DNA from: Ferrimicrobium sp.
GTDB lineage: Bacteria; Actinomycetota; Acidimicrobiia; Acidimicrobiales; Acidimicrobiaceae
DNA length: 64,000 nucleotides
Reading direction: 5' to 3'
Assembly (NCBI GenBank): GCA_022690815.1
Contig: JALCZJ010000012.1
Span: 7,150 to 71,149, forward strand
Every line of letters begins with the position of its first letter. Position 1 is the first letter of the stretch. The translations under genes and the position numbers were made by a program. The notes beneath the pieces are model-generated. The model was not told where the DNA came from. It ran no database searches and worked only from the letters and a program-made list of their open reading frames with translations. This document shows positions 29,720 through 40,581 of the stretch, in pieces.

Positions 29720-31138
29720 CTAGTACACCAATGAATCGATCTCTTGACCCGAGGACCCATCTGGCGGAGGAAGCTCGCCGTTGATGGTGGCAAGGTCCTT
29801 CCTCGAGTAGTGCAACATCATGGCCAGATCGACGGCGCCCAGGACAACATAGAGCGCAATGAATCCTACGAAGGTGATGCCAACATCCCAGGGCGAAAGG
29901 TTACGGGTGACCCCTTGCGAAGTGCGAAGCACGCCATAGACGATCCACGGCTGGCGTCCCGTCTCGGTGAAGATCCAACCGGTGGTGTTAGCGATGAATG
30001 GCAACGGGATCGCATAGATCGCCACGCGCCGAAACCACTTTGAGGAGTCGAGCCGTTTGCGCCAGAGTAGCCACATGCCCCAGACAGCAATCGCGATGAT
30101 TACCGCGCCAAGGCCTGCCATTATACGGAAGTTCCAATACTCAAGCCAAACGGTAGGCACATAGTTGCCAGGCCCATACTTCTTGACATCAGCCTTCTGG
30201 AGCTGATTGATGCCCTGGACCTTGCCATTCCAGGAGTTGGTGGCGAGCAACGAAAGCACGTGAGGAAGCGTGATCTGGAAGAGAACCTGATCCTTGAGGT
30301 TCCCGATGGTAAGCAAGGACTCTGGGGCACCACTTTTGGTGTTGTAAAGTGCCTCTGCCGCGGCCATCTTCATCGGCTGGTCCTTCACGGTCACCACACC
30401 TTGTGCCGATCCATCCAGGGCCATCGCGATCGAGGCTACGAAAAAGACAACCAGCGCTATCCGTGCGCCCAGGGCAAATACCCTCTTGGACCCCTCTCGC
30501 TTCATCTGATAGAACGCAATCCCGAGAGCAACCGCTGAGCCAGTGATGAGCGAGGCTAAGAGCACGTGCGCCAGCGTGGTCAAGAAAAGTTCATTGGTAA
30601 AGATGGCCAAGAAGTTCGTCATCACCGCCTGGTGCGTGGCGTGATCGATCTTGTAGCCAACCGGATGCTGCATCCAGCTGTTAGCAACCAGAATAAAGGC
30701 CGCCGAGAGCGAGCTCCCGAGCACCACCATCCAAATTGACAGCAGGTGAATCCTGTCCGACACCTTCCCCTTGCCAAAGATCCAGATCCCAAGGAACGTC
30801 GACTCCATGAAGAATGCGAGAAGACCCTCTATCGCTAACGGGGGGCCAAAGATGTTACCGACGAAGGCCGAGTACTGTGCCCAGTTCATGCCGAACTGGA
30901 ACTCCTGCACGATGCCGGTAACGACGCCGATAGCAAAGTTGATCAAAAAAAGCTTGCCAAAGAACCGAAGAAGATGTTCGTATCGCTCGTCATGTGTCCT
31001 ATAGACGGCAGTTTGGAGAACTGCGACGATAAAACCGAGACCGATGGTGAGCGGAACGAAGAAAAAGTGAAAGATAATAGTTGTCGCAAATTGCCATCGC
31101 GACAACGTAAGGGTGACTGACCCGAGAATTGGCTCCAT
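29720..31138 (-). CDS. cydA: cytochrome bd ubiquinol oxidase subunit I
   Basis: LSRWQFATTIIFHFFFVPLTIGL, EFQFGMNW and GWIFTETGRQPW are hallmark CydA segments. Confidence 0.92.
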   Translation of the reverse strand: MEPILGSVTLTLSRWQFATTIIFHFFFVPLTIGLGFIVAVLQTAVYRTHDERYEHLLRFFGKLFLINFAIGVVTGIVQEFQFGMNWAQYSAFVGNIFGPPLAIEGLLAFFMESTFLGIWIFGKGKVSDRIHLLSIWMVVLGSSLSAAFILVANSWMQHPVGYKIDHATHQAVMTNFLAIFTNELFLTTLAHVLLASLITGSAVALGIAFYQMKREGSKRVFALGARIALVVFFVASIAMALDGSAQGVVTVKDQPMKMAAAEALYNTKSGAPESLLTIGNLKDQVLFQITLPHVLSLLATNSWNGKVQGINQLQKADVKKYGPGNYVPTVWLEYWNFRIMAGLGAVIIAIAVWGMWLLWRKRLDSSKWFRRVAIYAIPLPFIANTTGWIFTETGRQPWIVYGVLRTSQGVTRNLSPWDVGITFVGFIALYVVLGAVDLAMMLHYSRKDLATINGELPPPDGSSGQEIDSLVY

Positions 31139-31498
31139 TTGCTTGCTCCATTCACTCTTCTCACTAGCCTATGGGAGCTGAGGCATACCTAACATAGGGC
31201 CAAAAGTCCCAAATTGTTCTCAGGAACGAGCATCCCAGCTGGTCTACAATCACCTGTCTCAAGCGGCTCGACCAACGCAGCTGACCACTCCACCTTTGTG
31301 GTAAACTTGGCGAGTGCAGAGATCCAGACAGCTTCGGGTTGGCCGAAGTACGTGTTGCTCGACATCGGGATCGGCGAGCACCAACGCTGCATAACTCCTT
31401 TTCGGTAGGAGCATCAACGGGATATGGATTACCTGCTCAGGCCGCTGGACTCGGTTGGCCGACGTTTGCTTCACCGATTTTTGGAGTCGATGACTCCG

Positions 31499-32767
31499 TT
31501 ACGGTGCCGATGAGCCCTGCAGTGGTGTTGAAGCCGTCGAACCACGCCAAGCAACCGCCCGGACCCAGAACGCGTTGAACCAGGCTAACACCTGATGGTG
31601 AAGGGCCCGACTGGACGCGATCAGTCCAACCTCCCGGTTGTCATTCAAGGAGACGTCTGAGAGGTTTTGTGATCCGATCAAGACCGCCGATGCGGTAACA
31701 ATGAGCTTGGCGTGCACATAAGGTTGTGCGAGCATACGCACCTCGACGCCGGCTCGCACGAGCTGGCGCAGATACCTGCGAGCCTCGCTCGATGGATCGC
31801 TCGGGACAAGGAGCCGGGCCCTTGACCCATGGGCCGCGAGTGCCTGATAACACGAGGGGGCATCGCCAAGCTCCTCGGCCATCACCGCAACGGGGCCTCG
31901 TTGTCTCAGCAGTGATACGATCGTCGGTCCCGATCCTGGCGAGAGCACCAGCTGCGCTCTGGGACCCGAACCGACCTGCCTACCTGTCCAATCAGCGTCA
32001 AAGACCTCCGTGAGCGCGCGAACCGTTCTCGGCGCGGTGGTTTCGATGGCATCCTCAAGATTGTGGCCATCGAATGCGCTAGCCGTGTCGTTCGCAGAGC
32101 CGAGAATAGCCACTTGATCGGGAAGACCTTCATCGATGATGAGATACTTGGCATGGTCGAAGCTGAAATCGTGCTCAAAGCGGGAGGGGGCGAGTCGCAA
32201 CTGCACGCGACTACCGGCGAACGCTTGCATCGTAGCACGGGGGGCCGATCGGTCATGGTAAGGATTCCCGGCAAGAATAATGTCAACACGCACACCTCGC
32301 GCTGCGGCGGCACGCAATCCGTCGATGATCTGGTTGCTGGTTAGCAGGTAGGCATTGACATCGATCGTCGCGCGGGCATCTGCAATCGCTTCGGACCACG
32401 GAGCGATACCCGCTTGGGGCTCGGTCAACAGTTGCGTAGCCCCAGTGCCGGACGAGTTCGTGACGACACCAGTGCGTCGATGCGAATTGCGCTTTCCCGC
32501 CGGTACGTCGGCATGTGCTCGCGTACCCGAAGCGCCTACGCCGGCGGGGCGTGACGCCTGTGCTGGTCGAGCAGCGGCGCTCTGCTTCGTGATCGAACCC
32601 GAAGCTGAGCCCATCGAGACCCTCGAGCCAACATGACAGCCCGCCAGCACCAGGGCGCACGCGACCACCACAAGACGACTCCACAGACCGGTGCTCCCCG
32701 TTCGCCTGACCGGCTCCCTCCTGACTTGGCTCCATCGCACCATCGTTCCTCCCTGGCCGGCTGGCAT
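31499..32767 (-). CDS. phospholipase D-family (two HKD motifs) protein with N-terminal membrane anchor/signal
   Basis: HKD motif 1: DHAKYLIIDE...GSAND. HKD motif 2: VHAKLIVTASAVLIGSQNLS. The N-terminal hydrophobic segment LVVVACALVLAGC is lipobox-like. Confidence 0.8.
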   Translation of the reverse strand: MPAGQGGTMVRWSQVRREPVRRTGSTGLWSRLVVVACALVLAGCHVGSRVSMGSASGSITKQSAAARPAQASRPAGVGASGTRAHADVPAGKRNSHRRTGVVTNSSGTGATQLLTEPQAGIAPWSEAIADARATIDVNAYLLTSNQIIDGLRAAAARGVRVDIILAGNPYHDRSAPRATMQAFAGSRVQLRLAPSRFEHDFSFDHAKYLIIDEGLPDQVAILGSANDTASAFDGHNLEDAIETTAPRTVRALTEVFDADWTGRQVGSGPRAQLVLSPGSGPTIVSLLRQRGPVAVMAEELGDAPSCYQALAAHGSRARLLVPSDPSSEARRYLRQLVRAGVEVRMLAQPYVHAKLIVTASAVLIGSQNLSDVSLNDNREVGLIASSRALHHQVLAWFNAFWVRAVAWRGSTASTPLQGSSAP

Positions 32768-33053
32768 CTACTGACGTGCCTAACGTTAGGCATCGGCTCG
32801 GACAACAAGGATCAAACGTATACAGATCCAGGCCTCAAAGGCGGTAGCCCACGGGCTCGTCCGGGCGGACGGCCACGGCCCCTGTGCTGGCCATCACCCT
32901 GACGCCGGAAGGCCCACAGTCAGTAAGGCGCCACACGAGGGTGAGCGCAAGAGAAAATATTTCTTTCAACGATGGAATGCACGCAGCAACATCGGTGCTA
33001 CAATCGTCAATAGAAAAAACTTCTAGGTAGATGAGAGAGGGAGAGGGGCTGCA

Positions 33054-34568
33054 ATGGCCACGTCAGATAACTCGTCGTATGCAGGCTCAGCTTCAGATGC
33101 CCCACCGTCACCGCAAAATGGACTGCATCCCGGCATCGTCTCCGTCTGGGGCCTGGTGAGCCAGAGCATCGCCGGCATGGCCCCTACCTGCGATGTCGTC
33201 GCCTTCATGACCGCCGGGGCCGCCTTCGCACTAGTGGCGCTGCCACTTTCGTACCTCTTCGCCTTCATCTTGATGTTCATAGAGGTGAACACTCTCTACC
33301 ATCTCTCAAAGCACCGCGGATCCGCCGGCGGCTACTACAGCTATGTGTCGGCTGGCCTTGGAGCCAAACCAGCCCTCGTCACCGCCATCATGGTGGTGTT
33401 TTATCAGCTCATCAGCGTCGCCGGAGTCCCGGTCTACGTTGCAGGTGTCTTCCTGCCAGGACTAGCACGATCGTATCTCGGTATCAATCTTCCTAGCTGG
33501 TTCTGGATACCGATGATGTTGGTCTTCATCGGCGTCCCCTGGCTCCTCTCGGTCCTTGGCATTCGCCCAACCGTCAGGTCAATGCTGTTCACGAGTTCAC
33601 TAGAGATCGCCTTTCTCATCGTCTCCTCGATCATCATTATCTCCAAAGCCCACCCCGTGGCACCGCTGCACCCGTTTACCTTCGCCACTGTGGGCATCAA
33701 AGGCGTCTCCCTCGGGATGATCTTTGCTATCACAAGCTTCATCGGTGTTGGCAGTCATGCTCCGCTTGGCGAAGAGGCAAAGGGGGTCCGGACCCAACAG
33801 GGTCGACTCATCGGCAAAGCGGCGATCCTCTCGCTTAGCCTCGTGGGCGTGGCCCTCACGATCTCCGCCTATGCGCTCACCGTGGGCTGGGGACAGACTC
33901 GAATGGCGCTCTTCTCCAAGGCAGCTGCACCAGGAGTACAGGTGTTTCTCCACTACCTTGGGCCAATCGGAGCCGTCGCACTCGTCGTGTTAGCCGTCAA
34001 CAGTGCACTGATGGATGACCTCGCCCTCATGACCAGCACCGCCCGAGTACTCTACGCCGTCAGTCGCGATAAGCTATTACAGACGAGTTTCGCGACCGTC
34101 AACGGTAGGAGGGCACCGGCCGCAAGTGTCACCTTCGTCGGCGTCACTGCGATCATCATTGGCCTGATCTTCGGCCTATGGCTCGGACCGGCGCAGGCAT
34201 TTGACGTGCTCACCACGGCGGTGCTCTTTGGCCTCGTCACCGCGCACACGCTCATGAACCTGTCATTGATGCGGATCTCGTATCGCGAACACCGCCTCAC
34301 ACAACTGACCTTTCACCTGGTGCTCCCCGTCATCGCCGTAGGACTGTTCTGGGTTGTCCTCTACGAAACCGTTGTACCGCTGGTCTTCCCGCTGGCATGG
34401 GCGGCCATCTTTTGGCTCATCGTCCTCATTGGGGCAGTCATCTGGACCTATATCAAGCTGGGAGGCGATCGTGGACCATCCAGCAAGGCTGGCCATCAGC
34501 TTGGTACCGTGATCGACGCCGGCTCCGTCGACACGATCGACAAGCTCGGTATGTGGCGCGAGACCTGA
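33054..34568 (+). CDS. APC-superfamily amino acid/polyamine permease
   Basis: About 12 TMS, typical APC N-terminal region (GLVSQSIAGMAP). Strong SD (gggagagggg) before ATG 33054. Confidence 0.85.
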   Translation: MATSDNSSYAGSASDAPPSPQNGLHPGIVSVWGLVSQSIAGMAPTCDVVAFMTAGAAFALVALPLSYLFAFILMFIEVNTLYHLSKHRGSAGGYYSYVSAGLGAKPALVTAIMVVFYQLISVAGVPVYVAGVFLPGLARSYLGINLPSWFWIPMMLVFIGVPWLLSVLGIRPTVRSMLFTSSLEIAFLIVSSIIIISKAHPVAPLHPFTFATVGIKGVSLGMIFAITSFIGVGSHAPLGEEAKGVRTQQGRLIGKAAILSLSLVGVALTISAYALTVGWGQTRMALFSKAAAPGVQVFLHYLGPIGAVALVVLAVNSALMDDLALMTSTARVLYAVSRDKLLQTSFATVNGRRAPAASVTFVGVTAIIIGLIFGLWLGPAQAFDVLTTAVLFGLVTAHTLMNLSLMRISYREHRLTQLTFHLVLPVIAVGLFWVVLYETVVPLVFPLAWAAIFWLIVLIGAVIWTYIKLGGDRGPSSKAGHQLGTVIDAGSVDTIDKLGMWRET

Positions 34569-35413
34569 TGGCGACGACCAAAACGCATCTCAACCAGCTC
34601 GCACAGGGCCAGCCGATCACAATCAAGGGATGCCAACTGCGGGCCACAAGCATCGTCGACAACATTGCGGTCATCATCGAGTGCGAACGTCACACACAAG
34701 GTCTGGCCAGTTGCGTCCTCTATCGTCGATCTCGCCTGCGCCGAGCCTTCGATCACGCGCTCGAATCGCTACTCACGGCGCCTACTGTTGAGGTAGCCGT
34801 CATCAACCTCGCGCTCGAACAGCTTGCGAACTCCCCCGATCCCAACAGCCGATTGCTCACCGTGCACGATCCGCGATCCTCAATAAACCTGCTGAACCAT
34901 CTCAAGGATGATTGGTGGTGGGAAGTTCGTGCCGGGTTGGCGGCACGTCCGACCTGTCCGCTACCCCTACAGCGATCGCTAGTCCAAGATGAAAACCCAT
35001 GGGTTCGTCGCGCCCTCGCCGAGAACCCAAATGCAGCAGCAGAGTGTATCGACATCTTGGCCCATGACACTGACTTCGGCGTACGTGACGCCGCGGCTGA
35101 GCACCCACAGTGCGGTGCCGCAACCCAACTATCTCTCGCCAATGACGAGCGATGGGAGATTCGCCGCTCGATCGCCAAGCGACCAGACGCGCCGATCGAA
35201 GCCCTGACAAAGCTGAGCGACGATCCTGAACCATGGGTGCGCCTCTTCGTTGCCGCCAATCCAGCTACACCTCGTTGGCTGCGTACCAGGCTCGAACACG
35301 ACACCGTTACCAAAGTTCGATCAATGGCCCGACATGCCGACACCCAGGTGGCCAAAATCACCAACGCCCTGGCGTTTGGATTGAACCAAAACCCAGAGGC
35401 AGACAACAGCTAA
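34568..35413 (+). CDS. LRV/HEAT-like repeat protein
   Basis: Six repeats of the form W/F-x-V/I-R-x(3)-A-x-x-P: WEVRAGLAARP, PWVRRALAENP, FGVRDAAAEHP, WEIRRSIAKRP, PWVRLFVAANP, TKVRSMARHAD. The ATG overlaps the permease stop (TGATG). Confidence 0.6.
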   Translation: MATTKTHLNQLAQGQPITIKGCQLRATSIVDNIAVIIECERHTQGLASCVLYRRSRLRRAFDHALESLLTAPTVEVAVINLALEQLANSPDPNSRLLTVHDPRSSINLLNHLKDDWWWEVRAGLAARPTCPLPLQRSLVQDENPWVRRALAENPNAAAECIDILAHDTDFGVRDAAAEHPQCGAATQLSLANDERWEIRRSIAKRPDAPIEALTKLSDDPEPWVRLFVAANPATPRWLRTRLEHDTVTKVRSMARHADTQVAKITNALAFGLNQNPEADNS

Positions 35414-35788
35414 CGCTCATTGCGTTACCGTAGCAACGGATCGACTCGTCCCTCTTGGGTGGTGACACCGTTCGTAAGAAAAAACTAGAGTCCGGTGAAC
35501 GAGACGCATATCTGCGCAACTCCACCCAATCTGGACCCGAAGTTCATGGCAGCTGTCCGTTGCTCTATGGCGTTGGGCAAAGGTGGGTCGCGCACTGGCA
35601 TAGCTCCTCGAGGAGGCAATGGCTTCATCGTTGGTGCAGCCAATCTCCTTCGATGGGGCGCACACAATGTCCGACATAGCCGCCGAGGTCCTCGCGACGC
35701 CCGCGGTACCGGCAGTGACACAAAGGACCTCAGCTCGAGAGCACCCGGCAACCTTGCGATCTCAGCCTGACGTCAATGGCACCACACG

Positions 35789-36268
35789 GTGGCATGGCCC
35801 AAGCCACCAGGCACCGCTGAGCCCAAACTCAAGTCCTTGAGCCTCGCAATGACCAAGGATGCGCTCACGTTCGCTGGGCTTAACAAAGAGATGGTCAATA
35901 CGAAAGGGTGCCAATCAAGGATCATCGCTTTGAGGCAGACCCATGGTTACGCATCAACCTTCGAAGCGAGCACACCTGCAGGCCTAGTCACAGGTGTCCA
36001 GTCCGAGATAACGGTACGTCAAGATCATCACACAGGTTGGCAGCAACGCCACGATTGGAGTCGGGGCCAAGGTTGGCTCGTCATCGAGGGCGATCGACCC
36101 CAACGCCTCAGAGCCAGACTGATCGACCCCGACGGCCACTGGGTGGGTGCCAACGAGTCCTCGTACCGTAGCGAACGCATGTTCCTCAGGATTGGCTCCA
36201 CGCTGGTGCTCCTGAAGCCGATGAGGTGCTCTCTCACCACGAAAGCCAATTGCGTTAGTGCGCAATGA
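35789..36268 (+). CDS. hypothetical protein
   Basis: Open frame with high third-position G+C in the C-terminal half (checked by eye). No motif recognised and the start is uncertain. Confidence 0.3.
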   Translation: MAWPKPPGTAEPKLKSLSLAMTKDALTFAGLNKEMVNTKGCQSRIIALRQTHGYASTFEASTPAGLVTGVQSEITVRQDHHTGWQQRHDWSRGQGWLVIEGDRPQRLRARLIDPDGHWVGANESSYRSERMFLRIGSTLVLLKPMRCSLTTKANCVSAQ

Positions 36269-36398
36269 GAACAACTCGCGAAAACCTTCCGAGCGCACCA
36301 TGAACAGACTGTTGGCTCGTCATCGGCGAGAAGGCGCACCTTGACATGGCAGGTTAGGTGCACCCATGAGCGTGAGATCTATGGATTGACACGACAAC

Positions 36399-37193
36399 GT
36401 GAAGGCGAACCAGCGTTGGTGGAATGAGCGCGCACCATTGCACGCCAGGGCCCCGTTCTACCAGATTGACGAACTCAAGAACGGTGTCTCCTTGCTTGAC
36501 GATTTTGAGGTCACTGAGTTCGAGATCGGTCAGGCCCACTCCCTCGTCCATCTCCAGTGCCACATTGGAACGGATACGATTGCTTGGGCCCGTCGCGGTC
36601 TTCACGTTACCGGCCTGGACTTCTCGCAGTCCGCAATCGATGAGGCCACCCAGATTGCCAACGCCTGTGCAATAGCGTCGAGGTGGGTCAGGGCCCATGT
36701 CTACGATGCCGTCTCGGCACTCGGCGAGACCTATGATATCGTCGATACCGGCAAAGGTGCGCTCACATGGCTCCACGACATCGACCGGTGGGCCGAGGTG
36801 GTGACACAACTGCTCAATCCAGACGGCCGACTCTACCTCGTCGAATTCCACCCGATCGCCTGGACACTCGACGCCGAGAACTGGTCGATCGTGACTGACT
36901 ACTTCGCCAGCGAGCCGGTGATCGAACACGAGCCACAAGGCAGCTCTGCCGTTCCCAACGTCGAGACCAGATGGAACACCACGGCCCAGTGGCAACACAC
37001 CGTAGGAGACATCATCTCAGCGGTCGCCAAAGCGGGACTGCGCTTGGACTGGTTCCACGAATTTCCCTTTACTCGCTTTGCCCTGGCCGACAACGTCGAA
37101 CGAACATACGATGGCGGCATCTATTACCCACCCGCTGACACGCCTCGGCTTCCTCTCATGCTTTCACTTTGCGGCACGAAAATCAGCCAATAG
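36399..37193 (+). CDS. class I SAM-dependent methyltransferase
   Basis: WWNERAPLH N-terminus. Motif I-like VHLQCHIGTDTIAWARRGLHVTGLDFSQSAIDEA. Post-I/II segments YDIVD and LNPDGRLYLVEFHP. Confidence 0.8.
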   Translation: MKANQRWWNERAPLHARAPFYQIDELKNGVSLLDDFEVTEFEIGQAHSLVHLQCHIGTDTIAWARRGLHVTGLDFSQSAIDEATQIANACAIASRWVRAHVYDAVSALGETYDIVDTGKGALTWLHDIDRWAEVVTQLLNPDGRLYLVEFHPIAWTLDAENWSIVTDYFASEPVIEHEPQGSSAVPNVETRWNTTAQWQHTVGDIISAVAKAGLRLDWFHEFPFTRFALADNVERTYDGGIYYPPADTPRLPLMLSLCGTKISQ

Positions 37194-37467
37194 AGCCGAC
37201 CACGAGATGATTGATGGGAGAAGTTTCACAGGGCTCGTGAGTAAAGGACAAACACTGGCAAACGAAGGAACACCACCAACTCCGATCCGCAGTTGGGCTC
37301 GATCCCGTTGACACTACCTCGACTCGCGTTGCCATACCCACAATTTTGATCGGATCTGCGCGTCACAGCGCCGCACTCCATGGAGGGTGGGCGCCAACCA
37401 GCGGGCGGCCGCCGCCCACGTGCGATCGCCATACATTTGCGTCGAACGAACATAGCATCGCTTCGTG

Positions 37468-37887
37468 CTAGCGACTCGCGATAGCCGATTCCAGCGCCAC
37501 CTGCATCCGGTGCCGATACACAGCGTTGACGATCTGACCGACCAGCACGGCGAGACCCACAACGTTGATCACAATAATGGCACCCGCCATCAACAACGAG
37601 GACGCAACCACCACCGTGTTGACAACGGTCTTCACGACACCCAACACGCGTAGACGGGTGCCATACGACAGGAGAAATGCGTTCGGTATCGATTCCAGTG
37701 TGGAGATCGGAGCATCCTTATGACGCAGCTCGCGCACCCCTCTAGCCCAATCCTTCTGACTATTCATGCCATAGGACATCCAAACTCGATAGCCGACGGT
37801 CCGCCGCCACAATAGGGCAAAGGCTTCGCGGCCAAGCACCACAGCGACGATAGGCAGCCACAAACAGATCTCGAGGACGACACCCAT
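37468..37887 (-). CDS. hypothetical membrane protein
   Basis: Open frame with N- and C-terminal hydrophobic segments (ICLWLPIVAVVLG; VVVASSLLMAGAIIVINVVGLAVLVG). Confidence 0.4.
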   Translation of the reverse strand: MGVVLEICLWLPIVAVVLGREAFALLWRRTVGYRVWMSYGMNSQKDWARGVRELRHKDAPISTLESIPNAFLLSYGTRLRVLGVVKTVVNTVVVASSLLMAGAIIVINVVGLAVLVGQIVNAVYRHRMQVALESAIASR

Positions 37888-37984
37888 TTTCCTTGATAAC
37901 TACTTTTCTTGATGCATGTCCCGCGCATCTCTTACTAGGTCAGCCAATCGGCTGACACGCGGCTCGTCGAATCGTCCCCAGAGG

Positions 37985-38842
37985 CTAGTGAGCGAGCGAC
38001 AGCACCATCGGTTCAGCATCACACCACAGGTGGTAGTCCAGCGGATCCAGTCCACCACAGAGGTCATCGGGCCAGAATCGCTCCGGGCCAGCACCGCGAA
38101 TCGAACGAACCTCGAGTCGCTCGGCGGTGAGATCGATGATCCAACCGGCGCTCGCTCCAAGGCCAAGACTTCCGGCACTGAATTGATAGAGATCCTCACC
38201 AAGAGCAGTCACCGTCTGGGCATGTACGTGGCCACAGAGATAGCCCCGGACCAACGGTTGGCCCTGCAACATCGCCAGCAACCGATCCCGCTCTCCCTCG
38301 ATGTACCCCTGATAGCCAAAGCTCGCCAGTACTCCCTGATCCTTGGTGACACACAACGGGTAATGCCCAAGGACCAACGCCGGGCCACGCAAGGCGTCGA
38401 GTTCGCTAGCCAGCTGGACCAAGCTCGCATCCGGATCTCCAGCACGCAATCCGATGCCAAGAACGGTAGCGGGACCCAACGTCCGCTTGACCATGGGTCC
38501 CTGGCCAAAGGCTTGGGCAAAGTTCGTCCTTTCCCAAGCAACTGGCTCATAGGTCTCCATGATCGGATAGGCCGTGCCGCGACGCTGATTTGCCGAGAGG
38601 TCATGGTTGCCTGGCACCACCAGATACTCGAGACCGAGGCCATCCAACCACCGACGAACGCCATGGAGCTGGTCGCGGTCGAAGCAACCGTAACTCGCGA
38701 GATCACCAGTCACGACCAACAGATCCGGTTCAGCGGCCCTCAGCAGTGCCGCCGATCGATCCAGCACCTGCTTTACCCCTGGTCGCAGGCGCTCCGGTGC
38801 CAACTCAAAATGAAGATCAGAGACATGTACGATTCGCGTCAT
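37985..38842 (-). CDS. calcineurin-like metallophosphoesterase (CpdA-like)
   Basis: Motif series VHVSDLHF, VVTGDL, VPGNHD, GHYP, CGHVH. Confidence 0.85.
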   Translation of the reverse strand: MTRIVHVSDLHFELAPERLRPGVKQVLDRSAALLRAAEPDLLVVTGDLASYGCFDRDQLHGVRRWLDGLGLEYLVVPGNHDLSANQRRGTAYPIMETYEPVAWERTNFAQAFGQGPMVKRTLGPATVLGIGLRAGDPDASLVQLASELDALRGPALVLGHYPLCVTKDQGVLASFGYQGYIEGERDRLLAMLQGQPLVRGYLCGHVHAQTVTALGEDLYQFSAGSLGLGASAGWIIDLTAERLEVRSIRGAGPERFWPDDLCGGLDPLDYHLWCDAEPMVLSLAH

Positions 38843-38845
38843 ATG

Positions 38846-40354
38846 TCAGCCCTCCTGCGCAAGCGATGGCCACCGATCCGCCCACGCGAGAGCCGATTCA
38901 AACCACGAGCCCACCCGGATCAAGAGATCCTCTCGGCCGTAGGCAGCCACCAACTGGATGCCGATCGGCAGACGCGGCTCCTGATCGGACATGGCGAGTG
39001 GCAACGAAATCGTCGGTTGGCCAGATACGTTGAACTGACCGGTGAAGCCCAGGAACTCCAGCTGTCGATCCAGACCATGCCGTGGATCGCTCAGATAACC
39101 GAGACGCGGAGGAAGGCGGGGCGCAACCGGCGTTATGAGCAGGTCATAGCCGTCGATCTCAAAGAAGCTGGCCACCCTACGGGCATAGGATTGGAGCCAG
39201 TCGACCGACTCGATATAACGATGGGCTGGCAGCTTTCGGCCGAGTTCGACGAAGACACGGTTGTCCGACTCGATCTCATCGAGCGATACCTCCCGACCGA
39301 GCATGCGCTCGATCGAGCGCAACTGCTGGGCAATCGACCCCTTCACAACATCGACAAAGCGTGTCTGAAACTCCTCCTCCGCCAACGCCGCAGGCCAGGC
39401 ATCGACCACCTGATGACCGTACTCACTCAGTAGATCCGCGATGCGTCGCACCGCCTGGGTTACCACGGGATCGGCGGTCGCAGCTTGAAGCAGCGGGTGA
39501 TCGAGCACCCCGATACGCAGCGATCCAAACTCACGCCCGACCTCCTCGGTGAGCGGACGAGCGAAAGCCGGTGCCGCGTACGGATCACCACATCGATAAC
39601 CAGACATCACATCGAGTACCCCTGCCGCGTCCCGGATCGTTCGTGTCAACGCACCATCGATCGTCGATCCGGCCCAACCATCACCGGCGAGAGGACCCTT
39701 TGAGACTCGGCCACGGGAGGGCTTGAGCCCCACTAGTCCACAGTAGCTCGCTGGGAATCGGATCGATCCACCGCCGTCACTCCCTTGGGCCACCGGCACC
39801 ATACCAATCGCTACCGCTGCCCCGGAGCCACCCGAGGACCCACCCGAGGAGTACTCGAGCGCCCATGGGTTACGCGTCACTCCGGTGGAGACGGGTTCTG
39901 TCGTGATGTTGGTGCCAAACTCCGGGGCGTTCGTGCGGCCAAGGACGACAAATCCAGCGTTGATGAGCGATTCCACGTAGTAGCTCGTCACCCGAGCCCG
40001 GTAGTCAGCCTTGCGCAACACCGCCGAGCCCAACCAAAACGACTCACCCTCCTGGGCAGCTCCCAGATCCTTGAGCAGCAGCGGGACACCGGCAAACGGA
40101 CCCGCACAACCTCGCAAGGCCTCGTCATGTGCACGGTCAAACCGATCCGCGATCACGGCATTCACGACGGGATTTAGCTGCTCGATGCGCGCAATCGCGG
40201 CGTCAACGACCTCGACGGCGCTCGCCTGTTTCGACGTGATAAGCTCGGCCAGTCCAGTTGCGTCGTAGCGCCAAAATTCGTCTTCGCCCACAGGTCCTCC
40301 TTCATGACTTTTCTGCTCGTATCCTGTTACCTGTCCCTGGTCTGGCGTGGACAC
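38846..40354 (-). CDS. amidase-signature (AS) family amidase
   Basis: [12 protein letters not shown] signature plus KDL...G and [13 protein letters not shown] more likely start is GTG 40291, preceded by gaaggagga. Confidence 0.88.
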   Translation of the reverse strand: MSTPDQGQVTGYEQKSHEGGPVGEDEFWRYDATGLAELITSKQASAVEVVDAAIARIEQLNPVVNAVIADRFDRAHDEALRGCAGPFAGVPLLLKDLGAAQEGESFWLGSAVLRKADYRARVTSYYVESLINAGFVVLGRTNAPEFGTNITTEPVSTGVTRNPWALEYSSGGSSGGSGAAVAIGMVPVAQGSDGGGSIRFPASYCGLVGLKPSRGRVSKGPLAGDGWAGSTIDGALTRTIRDAAGVLDVMSGYRCGDPYAAPAFARPLTEEVGREFGSLRIGVLDHPLLQAATADPVVTQAVRRIADLLSEYGHQVVDAWPAALAEEEFQTRFVDVVKGSIAQQLRSIERMLGREVSLDEIESDNRVFVELGRKLPAHRYIESVDWLQSYARRVASFFEIDGYDLLITPVAPRLPPRLGYLSDPRHGLDRQLEFLGFTGQFNVSGQPTISLPLAMSDQEPRLPIGIQLVAAYGREDLLIRVGSWFESALAWADRWPSLAQEG

Positions 40355-40581
40355 CTATGCCAACGTTAGCATGCTGAGCGCGAGGCTGTCCATGGACCCA
40401 ACGCCTGCGTACGACCCAAAGACCAGCTGCGAAGCGCCCCGCCTCCTGTGGAGGTGATCTACGTTGGGTCAAAACCGACCAAAGATGCGAGTGGGGTTTG
40501 AACCCCACTCGCATCTCAACCAATCGGGTCAAAGACGACCCAGCGACGATAACCGCGTTCGCTCGAATCTCATTCGGCCGC

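Noticed and set aside
31483-31498. A GGAGTC-gat-GACTCC hairpin next to the PLD gene stop.
   Set aside because: The stem is only 6 bp. The T-run lies on the wrong side for either transcription direction, so it is not a convincing terminator.
34753-35406. A 217-aa minus-strand ORF.
   Set aside because: It is antisense to the LRV/HEAT-repeat gene. It is Ser/Arg-rich low complexity, whereas the plus frame shows a regular repeat signature and start/stop coupling to the permease.
36354-36998. A 214-aa minus-strand ORF.
   Set aside because: It is antisense to the SAM-dependent methyltransferase, which has clear motifs. It shows no features of its own.
37916-39433. A 505-aa plus-strand ORF, the longest unexplained ORF in the track.
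   Set aside because: It runs antisense across two well-supported minus-strand genes, the metallophosphoesterase and the amidase. Its sequence is Arg/Pro/Gln-rich low complexity, typical of the reverse frame of high-G+C coding DNA.
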